DNA of 64,000 bases from Octopus bimaculoides (taxonomy: Eukaryota), in the NCBI RefSeq assembly GCF_001194135.2, contig NC_068998.1, positions 48,505,296 to 48,569,295 on the forward strand. The letters run 5' to 3'. A program made the position numbers and the translations under genes. A model generated the notes under the pieces. That model was not told the origin of the DNA. It ran no database searches and was given only the letters and a program-made list of their open reading frames with translations. Of this stretch, positions 24,150 to 36,410 are shown piece by piece. Numbering within the stretch: position 1 is the stretch's first letter; every line of letters begins with the position of its first letter.

Positions 24150-24308
24150 ACGATGGACTTCTTTCAGTTTCCGTCTACCAAATCCATTCACAAGGGTTTG
24201 GTCGGCCCGAGGCTATAGTAGAAGACACTTACTCAAGGTGCCACACAGTGGGACTGAACCCAGAACCATGTGGTCAGTAAGCAAGCTACTTATCACACAG
24301 CCATGCCT
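24150..24308 (-). mobile_element. SINE A left monomer
   Basis: Matches the A head and CORE. Confidence 0.88.
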
Positions 24309-25884
24309 GCTTATTTTTAGAATGACTTAGTTGGGTAAGTGTGAGAGGCCAGATATGGCCAGTTAAGGCATAACACAGGCTGGATCTGGCTGGTTTAAAT
24401 GTTAAAGGGTTAAAGGAGAGAGATTAATAAGAAACAATGGAATTTTATATCTTCTAAGTTAAAAAAATATATATATATATTTCAGCTGATTCTGACTTGA
24501 GGAATTGAGTTTATTGGAGAAAAGAAAAACAAAAAAAAGGTCTTTGTGAAGTAAGGAGAAATTTGCACTGAAACACCTTTGCAACTATCAGACTAAAATA
24601 GTTCTAATACTGGCATCAGACTCCTGCAGCAGCAACAACATCATCATCATCATCATCTTCCCCACAAGCAACAACAGCAACAACTGCAATGAAAACCTAG
24701 TTTCATGTGAAATATAATTTTAAGAATAGAATATGAAACAGATACTTGAGTTAACAGATGATCAGAGACGTTTCTCAAACATCTCTTCAGATTCTGAATT
24801 CAATTCGTCCTTCAGCAGTTTGGATTTCGTTTGTTTCTCTTTCCAAAGTTCAGTTCCATGACACAGACATATTGCACAACTAAAAGATTAATTCCTAACA
24901 AGTAACTAAATTACTTTGGCATGGAAGGAATAGACAGTGGTAGAATGAGACTAAAAATAACATAGAACTGTGATGAGAGGTGGTGAGAGTAGACACTTAA
25001 ATAGAATATCAGTTACCATCAGTTCCACATTCTATTGTAAGTTCGCCACCAGATGAGACTAAAAACTAAAACAAACTAAAAGGGAAAAGGAAAGTCAAAT
25101 AAAACAAGGTATTGAAATGATAATCGGAGATAAAGAAATTTTTATGTGTGTATCTCGGTGATAAATTTACAAAACAAAAATTTAGAAGAAAAAATATACA
25201 CAATTTTCATGGATTTGGTTTGCGAATAGGGCTGGAGATGAAATAATAAAAAAAAAAAATCATTCACACCGCCCCCGACCATCACTTCTTCACAACTTCC
25301 TGTGTTACCCATCATTGTCATCATCATCACCATCACCACTACCACCATCATTAATTACCACTGCCACAACCACCACCATTAATAACAATACTATCATCAT
25401 CATCATTATTATTATCAAAAAGAGGTTTTATTTTGCTTGTTTCTTTGATATCAGTTCTAAAGCTGGACACAAAGTCTCCACACCATTATCGCAATGCATT
25501 CAGACACTGGTGTAGAACACGACAACAAATAATCAGCTAAGTAATTCTCGTTTTTCATTTCGCTATTCCTCACACAACACAGAACTAAAACAATAATTTC
25601 TTGTGATCTAAGTCACAAGCAATTACTGTCTTTTCACTTCCTGCAGAACTCAACCGATTTCTCAGTTGGGACCATATTTTCCGGCATACAAGTCAATGTG
25701 TAAACCTGCAGCGTAAACATTCAAACTACACATCCAAACCCTGCTGCATTTCAGAGAAGACAATATTTACTGATAACACTGAATGTTGTGCAGTGGGTAG
25801 ATACAGGTTTAAAAGCGTTGCTGAAAGAGTAGATTCTTGTGTTACACCATTCAAGTCATCATAGTCATCGCCGCCACTGTCGTA

Positions 25885-26378
25885 GCACTTGTCCAAGGTG
25901 TCATGCAGTGGGACTGAACCCAGAAACATGTGGTTAGGAAGCAACCTTCTCACCACACAGCCCACACTCACAGATGTATACACACATATACACACATACA
26001 CATAAATATAATGGACTTCTTTCAGTTTCTATCAACCAAATCCATTCACAAGGCTTTGGTTGGCCTGGGGCTATAACAGAAAGCACTTGTCGAAGGTGCC
26101 ACACAGTGGGACTGAACCCAGAACCATGTGGTTAGAAAGCAAGCTTCTTACCACACAGCCCACACTCACTCATATTTACACACACACACACACAAACACA
26201 CAAATATATAATGGGCTTCTTTCAGTTTCCATCTACCAAATCTACTCACAAGGCTTTGGATGGCTTGGAGCTACAATAGAAAGCACATGTCCAAGCATAT
26301 GCCACGCAGAGAGAGAGGCAGAAATTCTGAAACTCAACACCCTGTGGTTGGGAAACAAACTTCTAACCACAAAGTCAC
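25885..26378 (-). mobile_element. Three tandem SINE A left monomers
   Basis: Copies at about 25885-25969, 26011-26167 and 26211-26378, separated by CA/TA tracts. Confidence 0.85.
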
Positions 26379-26602
26379 ACCTTTATTTGTAATACACGTG
26401 TCTGTTCTAACTCAAACCATCTGCTCCGCACGTACACACTACGCTCAGCCAGCACCGATGTTCAATCAGTGAGTAAATACAGTTAACACACACTTCTACA
26501 TATCTTAACCAAATACTCACGGTTGCACTACTATCAATTAGATAGCAGTCATGAGTTTAGCCTTGTTTTTGATAGTTTTTTTCGTGTATTTCATTTAGTA
26601 TA

Positions 26603-26645
<43 letters not shown>

Positions 26646-27881
26646 NNNNNNNNNNNNNNNNNNNNNNNNNNNNNNNNNNNNNNNNNNNNNNNNNNNNNNN
26701 NNNNNNNNNNNNNNNNNNNNNNNNNNNNNNNNNNNNNNNNNNNNNNNNNNNNNNNNNNNNNNNNNNNNNNNNNNNNNNNNNNNNNNNNNNNNNNNNNNNN
26801 NNNNNNNNNNNNNNNNNNNNNNNNNNNNNNNNNNNNNNNNNNNNNNNNNNNNNNNNNNNNNNNNNNNNNNNNNNNNNNNNNNNNNNNNNNNNNNNNNNNN
26901 NNNNNNNNNNNNNNNNNNNNNNNNNNNNNNNNNNNNNNNNNNNNNNNNNNNNNNNNNNNNNNNNNNNNNNNNNNNNNNNNNNNNNNNNNNNNNNNNNNNN
27001 NNNNNNNNNNNNNNNNNNNNNNNNNNNNNNNNNNNNNNNNNNNNNNNNNNNNNNNNNNNNNNNNNNNNNNNNNNNNNNNNNNNNNNNNNNNNNNNNNNNN
27101 NNNNNNNNNNNNNNNNNNNNNNNNNNNNNNNNNNNNNNNNNNNNNNNNNNNNNNNNNNNNNNNNNNNNNNNNNNNNNNNNNNNNNNNNNNNNNNNNNNNN
27201 NNNNNNNNNNNNNNNNNNNNNNNNNNNNNNNNNNNNNNNNNNNNNNNNNNNNNNNNNNNNNNNNNNNNNNNNNNNNNNNNNNNNNNNNNNNNNNNNNNNN
27301 NNNNNNNNNNNNNNNNNNNNNNNNNNNNNNNNNNNNNNNNNNNNNNNNNNNNNNNNNNNNNNNNNNNNNNNNNNNNNNNNNNNNNNNNNNNNNNNNNNNN
27401 NNNNNNNNNNNNNNNNNNNNNNNNNNNNNNNNNNNNNNNNNNNNNNNNNNNNNNNNNNNNNNNNNNNNNNNNNNNNNNNNNNNNNNNNNNNNNNNNNNNN
27501 NNNNNNNNNNNNNNNNNNNNNNNNNNNNNNNNNNNNNNNNNNNNNNNNNNNNNNNNNNNNNNNNNNNNNNNNNNNNNNNNNNNNNNNNNNNNNNNNNNNN
27601 NNNNNNNNNNNNNNNNNNNNNNNNNNNNNNNNNNNNNNNATTACAATTAAAAGGGTAAAGGTTTATCAATTTATTAATTTATTAATAAATCAACAATTAA
27701 CAATTTTTACCAAGCCCTTCGGTATGTAAACACCATTATCGGAGTTGCAAGTAATGCTATCTGTTAGAGTCTCAGCTTTTTTAGCTGCTATTTCTGAACT
27801 TCGGTATGTGGTGAAGCAAATGTTTGCTGATCCCTTAATTATGTTTATATATATATATATATATATATATAATGATACATA

Positions 27882-27990
27882 TGTTTCAAGTGGTTATGTA
27901 ATGAGTGGTTATACAGTTATCCACTTTAGTCAGTCATTTCAAGCTTGAAATGACCGACAAAAGTGGATAACTGCATAACCTCTTGAAAAC
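27882..27990. repeat. Near-perfect palindrome centred on AAGCTT (possible palindromic MITE)
   Basis: Arms 27914-27943 and 27944-27973 are reverse complements with 2 mismatches; pairing extends outward imperfectly. Confidence 0.9.
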
Positions 27991-28187
27991 TGCAGATCGT
28001 TAAAGGCATTTAAAGTACCAATTATTGGTTTCTGTCATTATTCAAATATTATGAGACTCATATTTCTGACAATCTATTCTACCTTTTGCATGGATAATAT
28101 AATTACTAAGCAATATGGTAGAGGAGTGAAATGTCGATCTAAACATTGACTCTGAAATATCTGGTAATGCATTCTATTAAATGTAAG

Positions 28188-28228
<41 letters not shown>

Positions 28229-28354
28229 ACACAAGCACACATACACATACTCACACACACACATATATATGCAGGAATATATATTTATACACACACATAC
28301 ATACATATATATATATATATACACACACACATACATATATACAAACACACACAT

Positions 28355-28537
28355 ATGACGAAAACATGGAGGGGACAGGTGGAGGAGATTGGGAGGGTTG
28401 GCTTGAGAAGGGAGGACGCCCAAAACAGGGCAAGATGGCGAGATGGTGTGAGGGTGGTTGTTATGGCACTGACATAGATCTGTCCACACCTGTTAACAGG
28501 GATAAAACCCAGATTCAAAACACTGGCTGATGATTAT
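28355..28537 (+). mobile_element. 5'-truncated RTE-clade LINE 3' end
   Basis: Translation TKTWRGQVEEIGRVGLRREDAQNRARWRDGVRVV* resembles the RTE C-terminus and is followed by an RTE-like 3'UTR ending ctggctgatgat. Confidence 0.75.
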
Positions 28538-29019
28538 ANNNNNNNNNNNNNNNNNNNNNNNNNNNNNNNNNNNNNNNNNNNNNNNNNNNNNNNNNNNNNN
28601 NNNNNNNNNNNNNNNNNNNNNNNNNNNNNNNNNNNNNNNNNNNNNNNNNNNNNNNNNNNNNNNNNNNNNNNNNNNNNNNNNNNNNNNNNNNNNNNNNNNN
28701 NNNNNNNNNNNNNNNNNNNNNNNNNNNNNNNNNNNNNNNNNNNNNNTATACATATACATATACACACACACCAGCTAAAAGAGACCACATTTCATGTGGT
28801 GTGACAAAATGGTCAATTACGGTTGACCTGTGGCTAAAGAACAACAGTTTCACATGTCAAAAATAAAAGACACTGTAACACCATTACCTTTTTAAACACA
28901 AACAAAAGGTCCACAAACTGTCCCCTGAAAGTTGAAGGTGACGTCAATATCACAAACATAGATCACTGGGCATAAAACACCTGCCTCAATACTATTTCCC
29001 TGCTCAGCTCAGGTGTCTT

Positions 29020-29235
29020 GTCTTGCAAGGTACTTGGTAATCCCACTGGTGTTGGTGCCACATCAAAAGCACCCAGGACACTCTGTATAGTGGTTAGCAT
29101 TAGGCCAAAGCAGATCGTTGAGCTTGGTACAGTCCTCCGGTTGACCAGTTCTTGTCAAGACATCTGACCCATTCCAGCATGAAGATTGGACATTAAATAT
29201 TGATGGTGATGATAATGATGGTGATGATGATAATG
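29020..29235 (+). mobile_element. Family D retroposon, diverged
   Basis: ggtgccacatcaaaagcaccc...gacccattccagcatgaagattggacattaaa followed by a (GAT)n tail. Confidence 0.7.
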
Positions 29236-29316
29236 GTATGGTACAAATGCCTTCAGGGTTTGGGTGTGAAAAGCCATCAATAAATATGCAACACATGAAT
29301 GTGCATTGTGGATGTG

Positions 29317-29383
<67 letters not shown>

Positions 29384-30373
29384 NNNNNNNNNNNNNNNNN
29401 NNNNNNNNNNNNNNNNNNNNNNNNNNNNNNNNNNNNNNNNNNNNNNNNNNNNNNNNNNNNNNNNNNNNNNNNNNNNNNNNNNNNNNNNNNNNNNNNNNNN
29501 NNNNNNNNNNNNNNNNNNNNNNNNNNNNNNNNNNNNNNNNNNNNNNNNNNNNNNNNNNNNNNNNNNNNNNNNNNNNNNNNNNNNNNNNNNNNNNNNNNNN
29601 NNNNNNNNNNNNNNNNNNNNNNNNNNNNNNNNNNNNNNNNNNNNNNNNNNNNNNNNNNNNNNNNNNNNNNNNNNNNNNNNNNNNNNNNNNNNNNNNNNNN
29701 NNNNNNNNNNNNNNNNNNNNNNNNNNNNNNNNNNNNNNNNNNNNNNNNNNNNNNNNNNNNNNNNNNNNNNNNNNNNNNNNNNNNNNNNNNNNNNNNNNNN
29801 NNNNNNNNNNNNNNNNNNNNNNNNNNNNNNNNNNNNNNNNNNNNNNNNNNNNNNNNNNNNNNNNNNNNNNNNNNNNNNNNNNNNNNNNNNNNNNNNNNNN
29901 NNNNNNNNNNNNNNNNNNNNNNNNNNNNNNNNNNNNNNNNNNNNNNNNNNNNNNNNNNNNNNNNNNNNNNNNNNNNNNNNNNNNNNNNNNNNNNNNNNNN
30001 NNNNNNNNNNNNNNNNNTTTATAAAAAGATAATGTTTATTTTGTTAATTTACAGCCATTTACTACAACACCGAGAAACTGACAGATGCACGCACAGAGGC
30101 AAACATACACACACATCACAAATAACACACAGATATGATAAACGTTTATAAAGATTTTCTTTGCCTTTTTTTTTTCTCAAGATACATGCACATTATCATC
30201 GCCAACAGCAGCAACATCATCATTATAATTACCACCATCATCATTGACATCATCATCATCACGAGCATCATCATCATCATCATCATCATCATCACCACCA
30301 CCACCACCAACATCATCATTATCATCACCACCATCAGGCGGGTGTGAATGTCCGTGGTTTCTGTATTGTGAAA

Positions 30374-30580
30374 GCGCGTGGCTTAGTGGTTAGGGCATTC
30401 GGCTCACGATTGTAAGGTCGTGAGTTCAATTCCCGGCGACGCATTGTGTCCTTGAGCAAGACACTTTATTCCCCTTTGCTCCAGTCCACTCAGCTGGCAA
30501 AAATGTGTAGTACCTGTATTTCAAAGGGGCCGGCCTTGTCACACTCTGTGTCACACTGAATCTCCTTGAGAACTACATGT
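30374..30580 (+). mobile_element. Chimeric tRNA-CORE SINE (C' head/CORE with a C-type distal segment)
   Basis: gcgcgtggcttagtgg...ccttgagcaagacac (as in 2567) joined to cctgtatttcaaagggg..ccttgtcacactctgtgtcac..gaatctccttgagaactac (as in 3590-3650). Confidence 0.75.
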
Positions 30581-31309
30581 CTGTGTCAATCTCCACCATA
30601 TACTCAGTGGATAGCTAGATTTTTTATACACGAGACAGCAGCTGCTCAACACACGCCCACAAGTCACCTGATGCACAGACAATGAATGACTGCATGCAGG
30701 ACAATTACATTCTCTTGCATGCATCGGGACAAGTTCAGATGGTCACACTTCCATGAGTGAAAAGCTTGTCTCAAACAGGCAGGGCTCATTCCCCCATCCC
30801 CACCCCAATACTGTAGCACAGCCATACCAATGTTGTCTCTGGGAAGAGACATGCTGCCTTAATATCTAACACACTCACTGATTCAATTTCCATTCATTTA
30901 TTATTTATATTTTTTTATTTTCTATTTTTCCCTTTCGTTACTTCCGCAACCTTATCAATGGATATTGACTCTGTCTGTTATGAGGACCGTGTTCTGATAA
31001 TGGACAGGGTCAACATTCATTGACAAGGTTACAAAAGCAACAAAAATTGTCAATAGCTTTTGACTTGAAAGCCCTCCAGAAGAGACCACCCAGACAGTTT
31101 TCATCAATGCCCAGTATCAATCTGAGGCCATCATCGCTTGTTCCCTCAAGTAACCCCCTATAAAAATTTTGAGCTGTTTTTCTGCTAATAGCTTTGGTCG
31201 AGATGACACAATGCTGTGAGTGCCTGGCAACATTCCAGACCTCAAATGCCCAATCTTGGTCTATGCATGACCCATGATTGCAGCTTGGTCAAGGTAATGA
31301 GCTATGGAA

Positions 31310-31443
31310 GGAGGAGGAGGAGGAGGAGAAGAAGAAGAAGAAGAAGAAGAAGAAAAAGAAGAAGAAGAAGAAGAATTTAAATGTAAGATTTACTGACCTT
31401 TTGAAATTCCCGTAGCCATAATTTTAATGTATTGTCCGGCTGC

Positions 31444-31485
<42 letters not shown>

Positions 31486-31540
31486 CAAAATAATAATAAT
31501 CAAAATAATAATAACGAAAATAATAATAATAACAATAGAA
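31310..31540. repeat. (GAG)n(AAG)n and (AAT)n microsatellites
   Basis: Visible directly. Confidence 0.95.
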
Positions 31541-32081
31541 GTTTAGTGGAATGAATTACATAGATATAATTATCAAGGACAAGAATGAAAAGTGAGATTG
31601 TAGCAGGTAGTTGAGATAGTGATTAATGACAATTTCTGTGAGATCCTAGATGTCTTGAGGTCTTCTAAACGGCAATATATCAGCCGAAAGGAGGCAGAGG
31701 AAATTGTCAAAGAACAAGTGTGTCTTGGAACTGAGATAAGCAGGATGCAAGATGCTAAATTAAAAAATAGAAGCTTTAAGAAATGAAGCCCTGTTTCAGT
31801 CTCTATGGACTGCGGCCAAGCTGGAGCAGAGCCTCAATGGGTTTCAATTTAGTTGAACAAATCGACCCCTAGAATGTATTCCATCAGTCTGTTTAGCCAA
31901 ACTGGCACATTGCGGGAATGTAGACTAACCAACAATGGTTGTCAGGCGATAGGGAGCAGCCAAGCACGAACACAAAGTCATACACACACACACACACGGT
32001 GGGATTCCACACAGTTTCCAGTTATCAAATTCACTCACAAAACACTTGTTCTTTGTAAGCCTAATATCAAGGAGTTGATAT

Positions 32082-32390
32082 TAGGAAGGGTACCTAGCCA
32101 AGGGATTGGCATAAGGAATGGCATCTAGCTACAAAAGTTGGCAGTTGAAAGGGCAGCTAGACATAGTGGTTGGCATTAGGAATGGGACCCAGCCATAGCG
32201 ATTGGCATTAGGAAGGGCACTTGGCCATAGGGGTTGGCATTAGGAAGGGCACCTAGCCAAGGGATTGGCATTAGGAATGGCATCTAGCCAAAGAAGTTGT
32301 CAGTTGAAAGGGCACCTAGCCATAGTGGTTGGCATTAGGAAGGGCACCTGGCCATACGGGTTGGCATTAGAAAGGGCACCTGGCCATAGA
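32082..32390 (+). repeat. Tandem array of about 30-bp units derived from a family D internal segment
   Basis: About 10 units of ttggcattaggaagggcacctagccatag, matching D/A2 gttggcgttaggaagggcatccag; the block then resumes as a D-type 3' end (ccagcatggaaagcagacat...gatgatgat). Confidence 0.85.
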
Positions 32391-32710
32391 CACCATGTTA
32401 AATCTGAGACAGTGGAGCAAGACAGATTGTCTAATCTGTGCCAGCATGGAAAGCAGACATATGATGATGATGATATATAATGCCATCATCATCATAACCA
32501 TCCTTCAATCAATATGTTAATCATCATCATCCTCATCACTACAGACAACATCAACCCCTTCGCACACATATTTTCCCCGCACAACTGAGAATTTGCTAAA
32601 ATCTTTAGAAACAGAGTTTGTTCAATTTCTTTCGATTACATAAAAAGCCAACAGCTCTTGGAGTGTCTTGGTGAATAAAAAATGAATCAATAACAACAAC
32701 AACAACAACG

Positions 32711-32763
<53 letters not shown>

Positions 32764-33367
32764 GTGATATCTTGCATAGCTTTAGAGCTAAATAGTGGTT
32801 ACAGTGGCAGTGGTGTAAAATATTCGCTACCGCCCAGTATTACTTTACGGAGAATCACAAAAATAATGGTAATTTGATCCCTGACTTGCAGACCACACCT
32901 TACTTCAACTCTTCCGACATGAACCTACAAACGAAGACGTCTGTGTTGTTGCTAAAGCAGCTCATCCCATTACACCCAAACATTGTAGGAAACAAGAAAA
33001 AAAGAAAGAAAGAAAGGACACAATGAATAATGTAATCCAGTATATACAAAGAAAAAAGAAAAAAAAAAGGAGAATCTAGAATGATTAAAGCGCGAGAATA
33101 GCTAATGTGTAATGTCTGCTGAAACTGGGTTTACTCGGGGTTAAACAACAGCCTTCAATATCAACAGTTAAGAGAAAGTTGTGGTATGTTTGTTTAAGAA
33201 TCAGACGTGGTAGTTGTGTGGTAAGAAACTTTCTTCCCGACCTTGTGATTCTGGGTTCAGTCCCACTGTGGGATTTCTACTATAGCCGCTCTGTAATGTT
33301 GTCTACACACCTTAATCTCTGAGTTATGCGCCCTCTTGTGCAAGATTATTTCACAGATCCTTTAGTG

Positions 33368-33694
33368 CAGGAGTTCTCAACTGGGGCCCATAAGGCCCCT
33401 AAGGGTCCATATAAGATTTTTTTTGAGGGGGTGTCTTCACAACAAAATAGTAAACCAGAGATCCACAATAGTGTTTCAAGGGCCCCCTGGAAAGTTTTTG
33501 CTTTAGATGTATGTATTGGTATAAGGTTTCTTTCTCTAACATTTTACAAGGTTCAACCTACAAAGCAGATGTGTGAAAAATAAAATAGAAATTTTGAAAG
33601 AAGTTTCTATAGAACTAGTTTTTTAAACATTGAATGGCTATGGGGGAGGGTCCACCAGGATAAAATAGTAATCAAATGGTTGAGAACCCCCCTG
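33368..33694. mobile_element. Non-autonomous hAT (Charlie-like) MITE
   Basis: TIRs CAGGAGTTCTCAAC and GTTGAGAACCCCCCTG; 8-bp flanks ctttagtg and ctttaaag (6/8 match, probable decayed TSD). Confidence 0.8.
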
Positions 33695-34056
33695 CTTTAA
33701 AGGGTCATCATTTCAGAGGCTTGTCTTCACAATNNNNNNNNNNNNNNNNNNNNNNNNNNNNNNNNNNNNNNNNNNNNNNNNNNNNNNNNNNNNNNNNNNN
33801 NNNNNNNNNNNNNNNNNNNNNNNNNNNNNNNNNNNNNNNNNNNNNNNNNNNNNNNNNNNNNNNNNNNNNNNNNNNNNNNNNNNNNNNNNNNNNNNNNNNN
33901 NNNNNNNNNNNNNNNNNNNNNNNNNNNNNNNNNNNNNNNNNNNNNNNNNNNNNNNNNNNNNNNNNNNNNNNNNNNNNNNNNNNNNNNNNNNNNNNNNNNN
34001 NNNNNNNNNNNNNNNNNNNNNNNNNNNNNNNNNNNNNNNNNNNNNNNNNNNNNNNN

Positions 34057-34440
34057 CCCCCCCCATCGCTTGTGGCTATAGCCTGAAGCTTCTTAAACTT
34101 TTCCACTGTCCTCAGTGATGTTCCCCTAACAAGCATGGTGCACTGGAAGGACTTTCTTGAGAGGACCAATGTCTCAGTCTTTGCAACACTCCTTCTCATT
34201 CCTGCCTTACAGCACTCTGTAACAAACCCCATTTAGTGCATGCTGGAAATTATCTTCTGACAAGCCAGATAGTACTGTGTTGTCTGCAACTATCAGCCAA
34301 TAAATCCAACACACGCTGCATCATACAACACACAGACCTCCCCCTTCTTTTCATCACCTTCTTTGTTTCCATATTTTCAAACTTGATAAAGAGCCAATAT
34401 CCGAAACATTGATAAATTGCTTTCCTTTTCAACACTGACT
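34057..34440 (-). mobile_element. RTE-clade LINE reverse transcriptase relic
   Basis: Translation ECCKAGMRRSVAKTETLVLSRKSFQCTMLVRGTSLRTVEKFKKLQAIATSDG matches the RTE 'KTExMV...LxxVExFKYLG..TSDG' motif; upstream VLDLLADS is in the position of the LLFADD catalytic motif. Confidence 0.8.
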
Positions 34441-35699
34441 TTACATACTTATTTTAAATTTTTTTGGGGGTGGGATTTGGAATTTTATATTAATGAACTG
34501 ACTCTAATCCTAAAAGGGCTTTACAAATGAATCTATGCATTAATCTGGACATTTAATCTGATGTATATACAAATAACTAAGTTAACATTTCCGTTTTAAT
34601 GCCCGAAACTTTGTTTTTAAAGAAGGCCTATAATGAAATATATAACTATTTGATCTCACATATGGAAAACATTCTACAGAATCAAAATATCTCTTAACAT
34701 TGAAGAAAAAAATAATGAAATATTTGAAACAGGAAATAGACAAAAAAAAAAGAATTCTTTTTAAAAAGTGATAAGTTTAAATTTTGTGTGTGTAAGTGAT
34801 AATATGCAAATGTGTAACTGAATTGGTGAAGCTCAGACTAAAGGAAACTACAGTAGTTAATCATGGAAAGATTAGATGTTGTGTATTTCAGGCAGCTTGA
34901 AAGAAATGATGCCAGGCTACTGAAGCAGAATTGGCAAGATTACCAACCAACATGTGGCTCCATCATATCACTTAACTAACCATGCAGTAATTTAAGAAAC
35001 TCACATCCGCTCATATAATCCAGTCAAATCTCACCTCAAACATATCTTCACAGATTTTTCAAAAATTCAGCCTCACATATAAAAAAAAAAAAAAGAAAAA
35101 AACTTCCCAAAAATGTTGATAACATGAGCCACCAAAGGAGTTTATGGGTCGGGCAAATCTCTTTACATAACCCAACCAAAACTATTTATACTACCCAGCC
35201 AAACAAGTTCATAGAACTCAACCAAACTTCTTTACATAAACCAAGCCAAACTTATTTCTACAACCCAGCCAAATCTATTTATATATCCCAGCCAAACCAG
35301 TTCAGATAACTCAGCTAAATTGTTTCAATGACCCTGTAAAACCTGTCCCTTGATGTCTAAAATACTAAGTTTTTGCATTTTGGATTGTATTCACATGGGT
35401 GAAATTAGATATCCGTTTTATTGTTAACCTCACAATATCATACTAAGAAATCTGTAACACAGTAACATCAATGAAATTTGAATTTATGTAGTCTGCAAGT
35501 CCAGCACCATAATCTCACGGATAATGTGCTTTGAATAACCAAGTCTTAAATCTCTTGGATTCAGAATTTGAGATTTTCAAATATGGAAATCTCTATTAAA
35601 CTGTATACATTCTGGAAATTTCTGAGAAATATTTTTTTTTTTTAATTTGATTGTTTTCAGAATTCAGCAAAATACATGGATTCACACATTCCAATATGG

Positions 35700-35887
35700 A
35701 CTTGAAGGGGTCTTTGCTTCTACAATACACCAAATATTTTCACAAATTTTTAAATACAATTTCTTACAACATTTAATTATATTAATGTAATGGGATTTTT
35801 TTTAGACAACAAATGGCTATGAGGGCCCATTCAAATGAAATAGAGAACTAACGAGTTCACAGGTAAAAAATGGTTGAGAACCACTGA
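35700..35887. mobile_element. Right end of a related hAT MITE
   Basis: Ends aaatggttgagaaccactg and shares aatggctatg with 33368-33694; the left TIR was not found. Confidence 0.6.
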
Positions 35888-35980
35888 TCTAATTGAAGTG
35901 ACAGTTAGCTATGGTGATGATAGGTGTTTGTGAATAAGCTAAATAGATGACTGAACAAACAGCAACCTGTGTGTTTCAAA

Positions 35981-36024
35981 GCTGTGGCAATTCAACTGTG
36001 ACGTTAATTTACTGAGTGATAGAC

Positions 36025-36064
<40 letters not shown>

Positions 36065-36410
36065 GAGTGCTCACTCACACACATACACAACAATGCTATG
36101 ATCATTCAACTATAATGTTAATTGATTCTGAGTGATAGATACAAACTCTCTTTCTCACTCACACATACACACACACTTACACATCAATTCTGTGTTCAAT
36201 CAACTGTGATATTAAATCGATTCTGAGTGATGGATGAATCCTCTCTCACTCACTCACTCATCAATGCTGTGTTCATTCAACTGTGATGTTAATTGACTCT
36301 GAGTGAAGTGATAGACACGTCTCCTCGCTCTCTCTTTTTCATATCAATACTGTGTTTATTCAACCGTGATGTTAATAATCGTTATGTGACAGATAATGTC
36401 CTATCTCTCA
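35981..36410 (+). repeat. Five copies of an about 55-bp core separated by variable CT/CA-rich spacers
   Basis: Core caatgctgtgttcattcaactgtgatgttaattgactctgagtgatagac at about 35981, 36091, 36185, 36261 and 36344. Confidence 0.85.

Noticed and set aside
28889-28925. 37-nt AG/GT-bounded segment on the minus strand
   Set aside because: No homology to INPP5A and incompatible phase; such pseudo-exons are common.
31608-31786. Short plus-strand frame VVEIVINDNFCEILDVLRSS...KK*
   Set aside because: No recognisable family and no polypyrimidine tract; cannot be supported as an exon.
35981-36410. CRISPR array interpretation
   Set aside because: Eukaryotic context, no cas genes, diverged repeats and low-complexity spacers.
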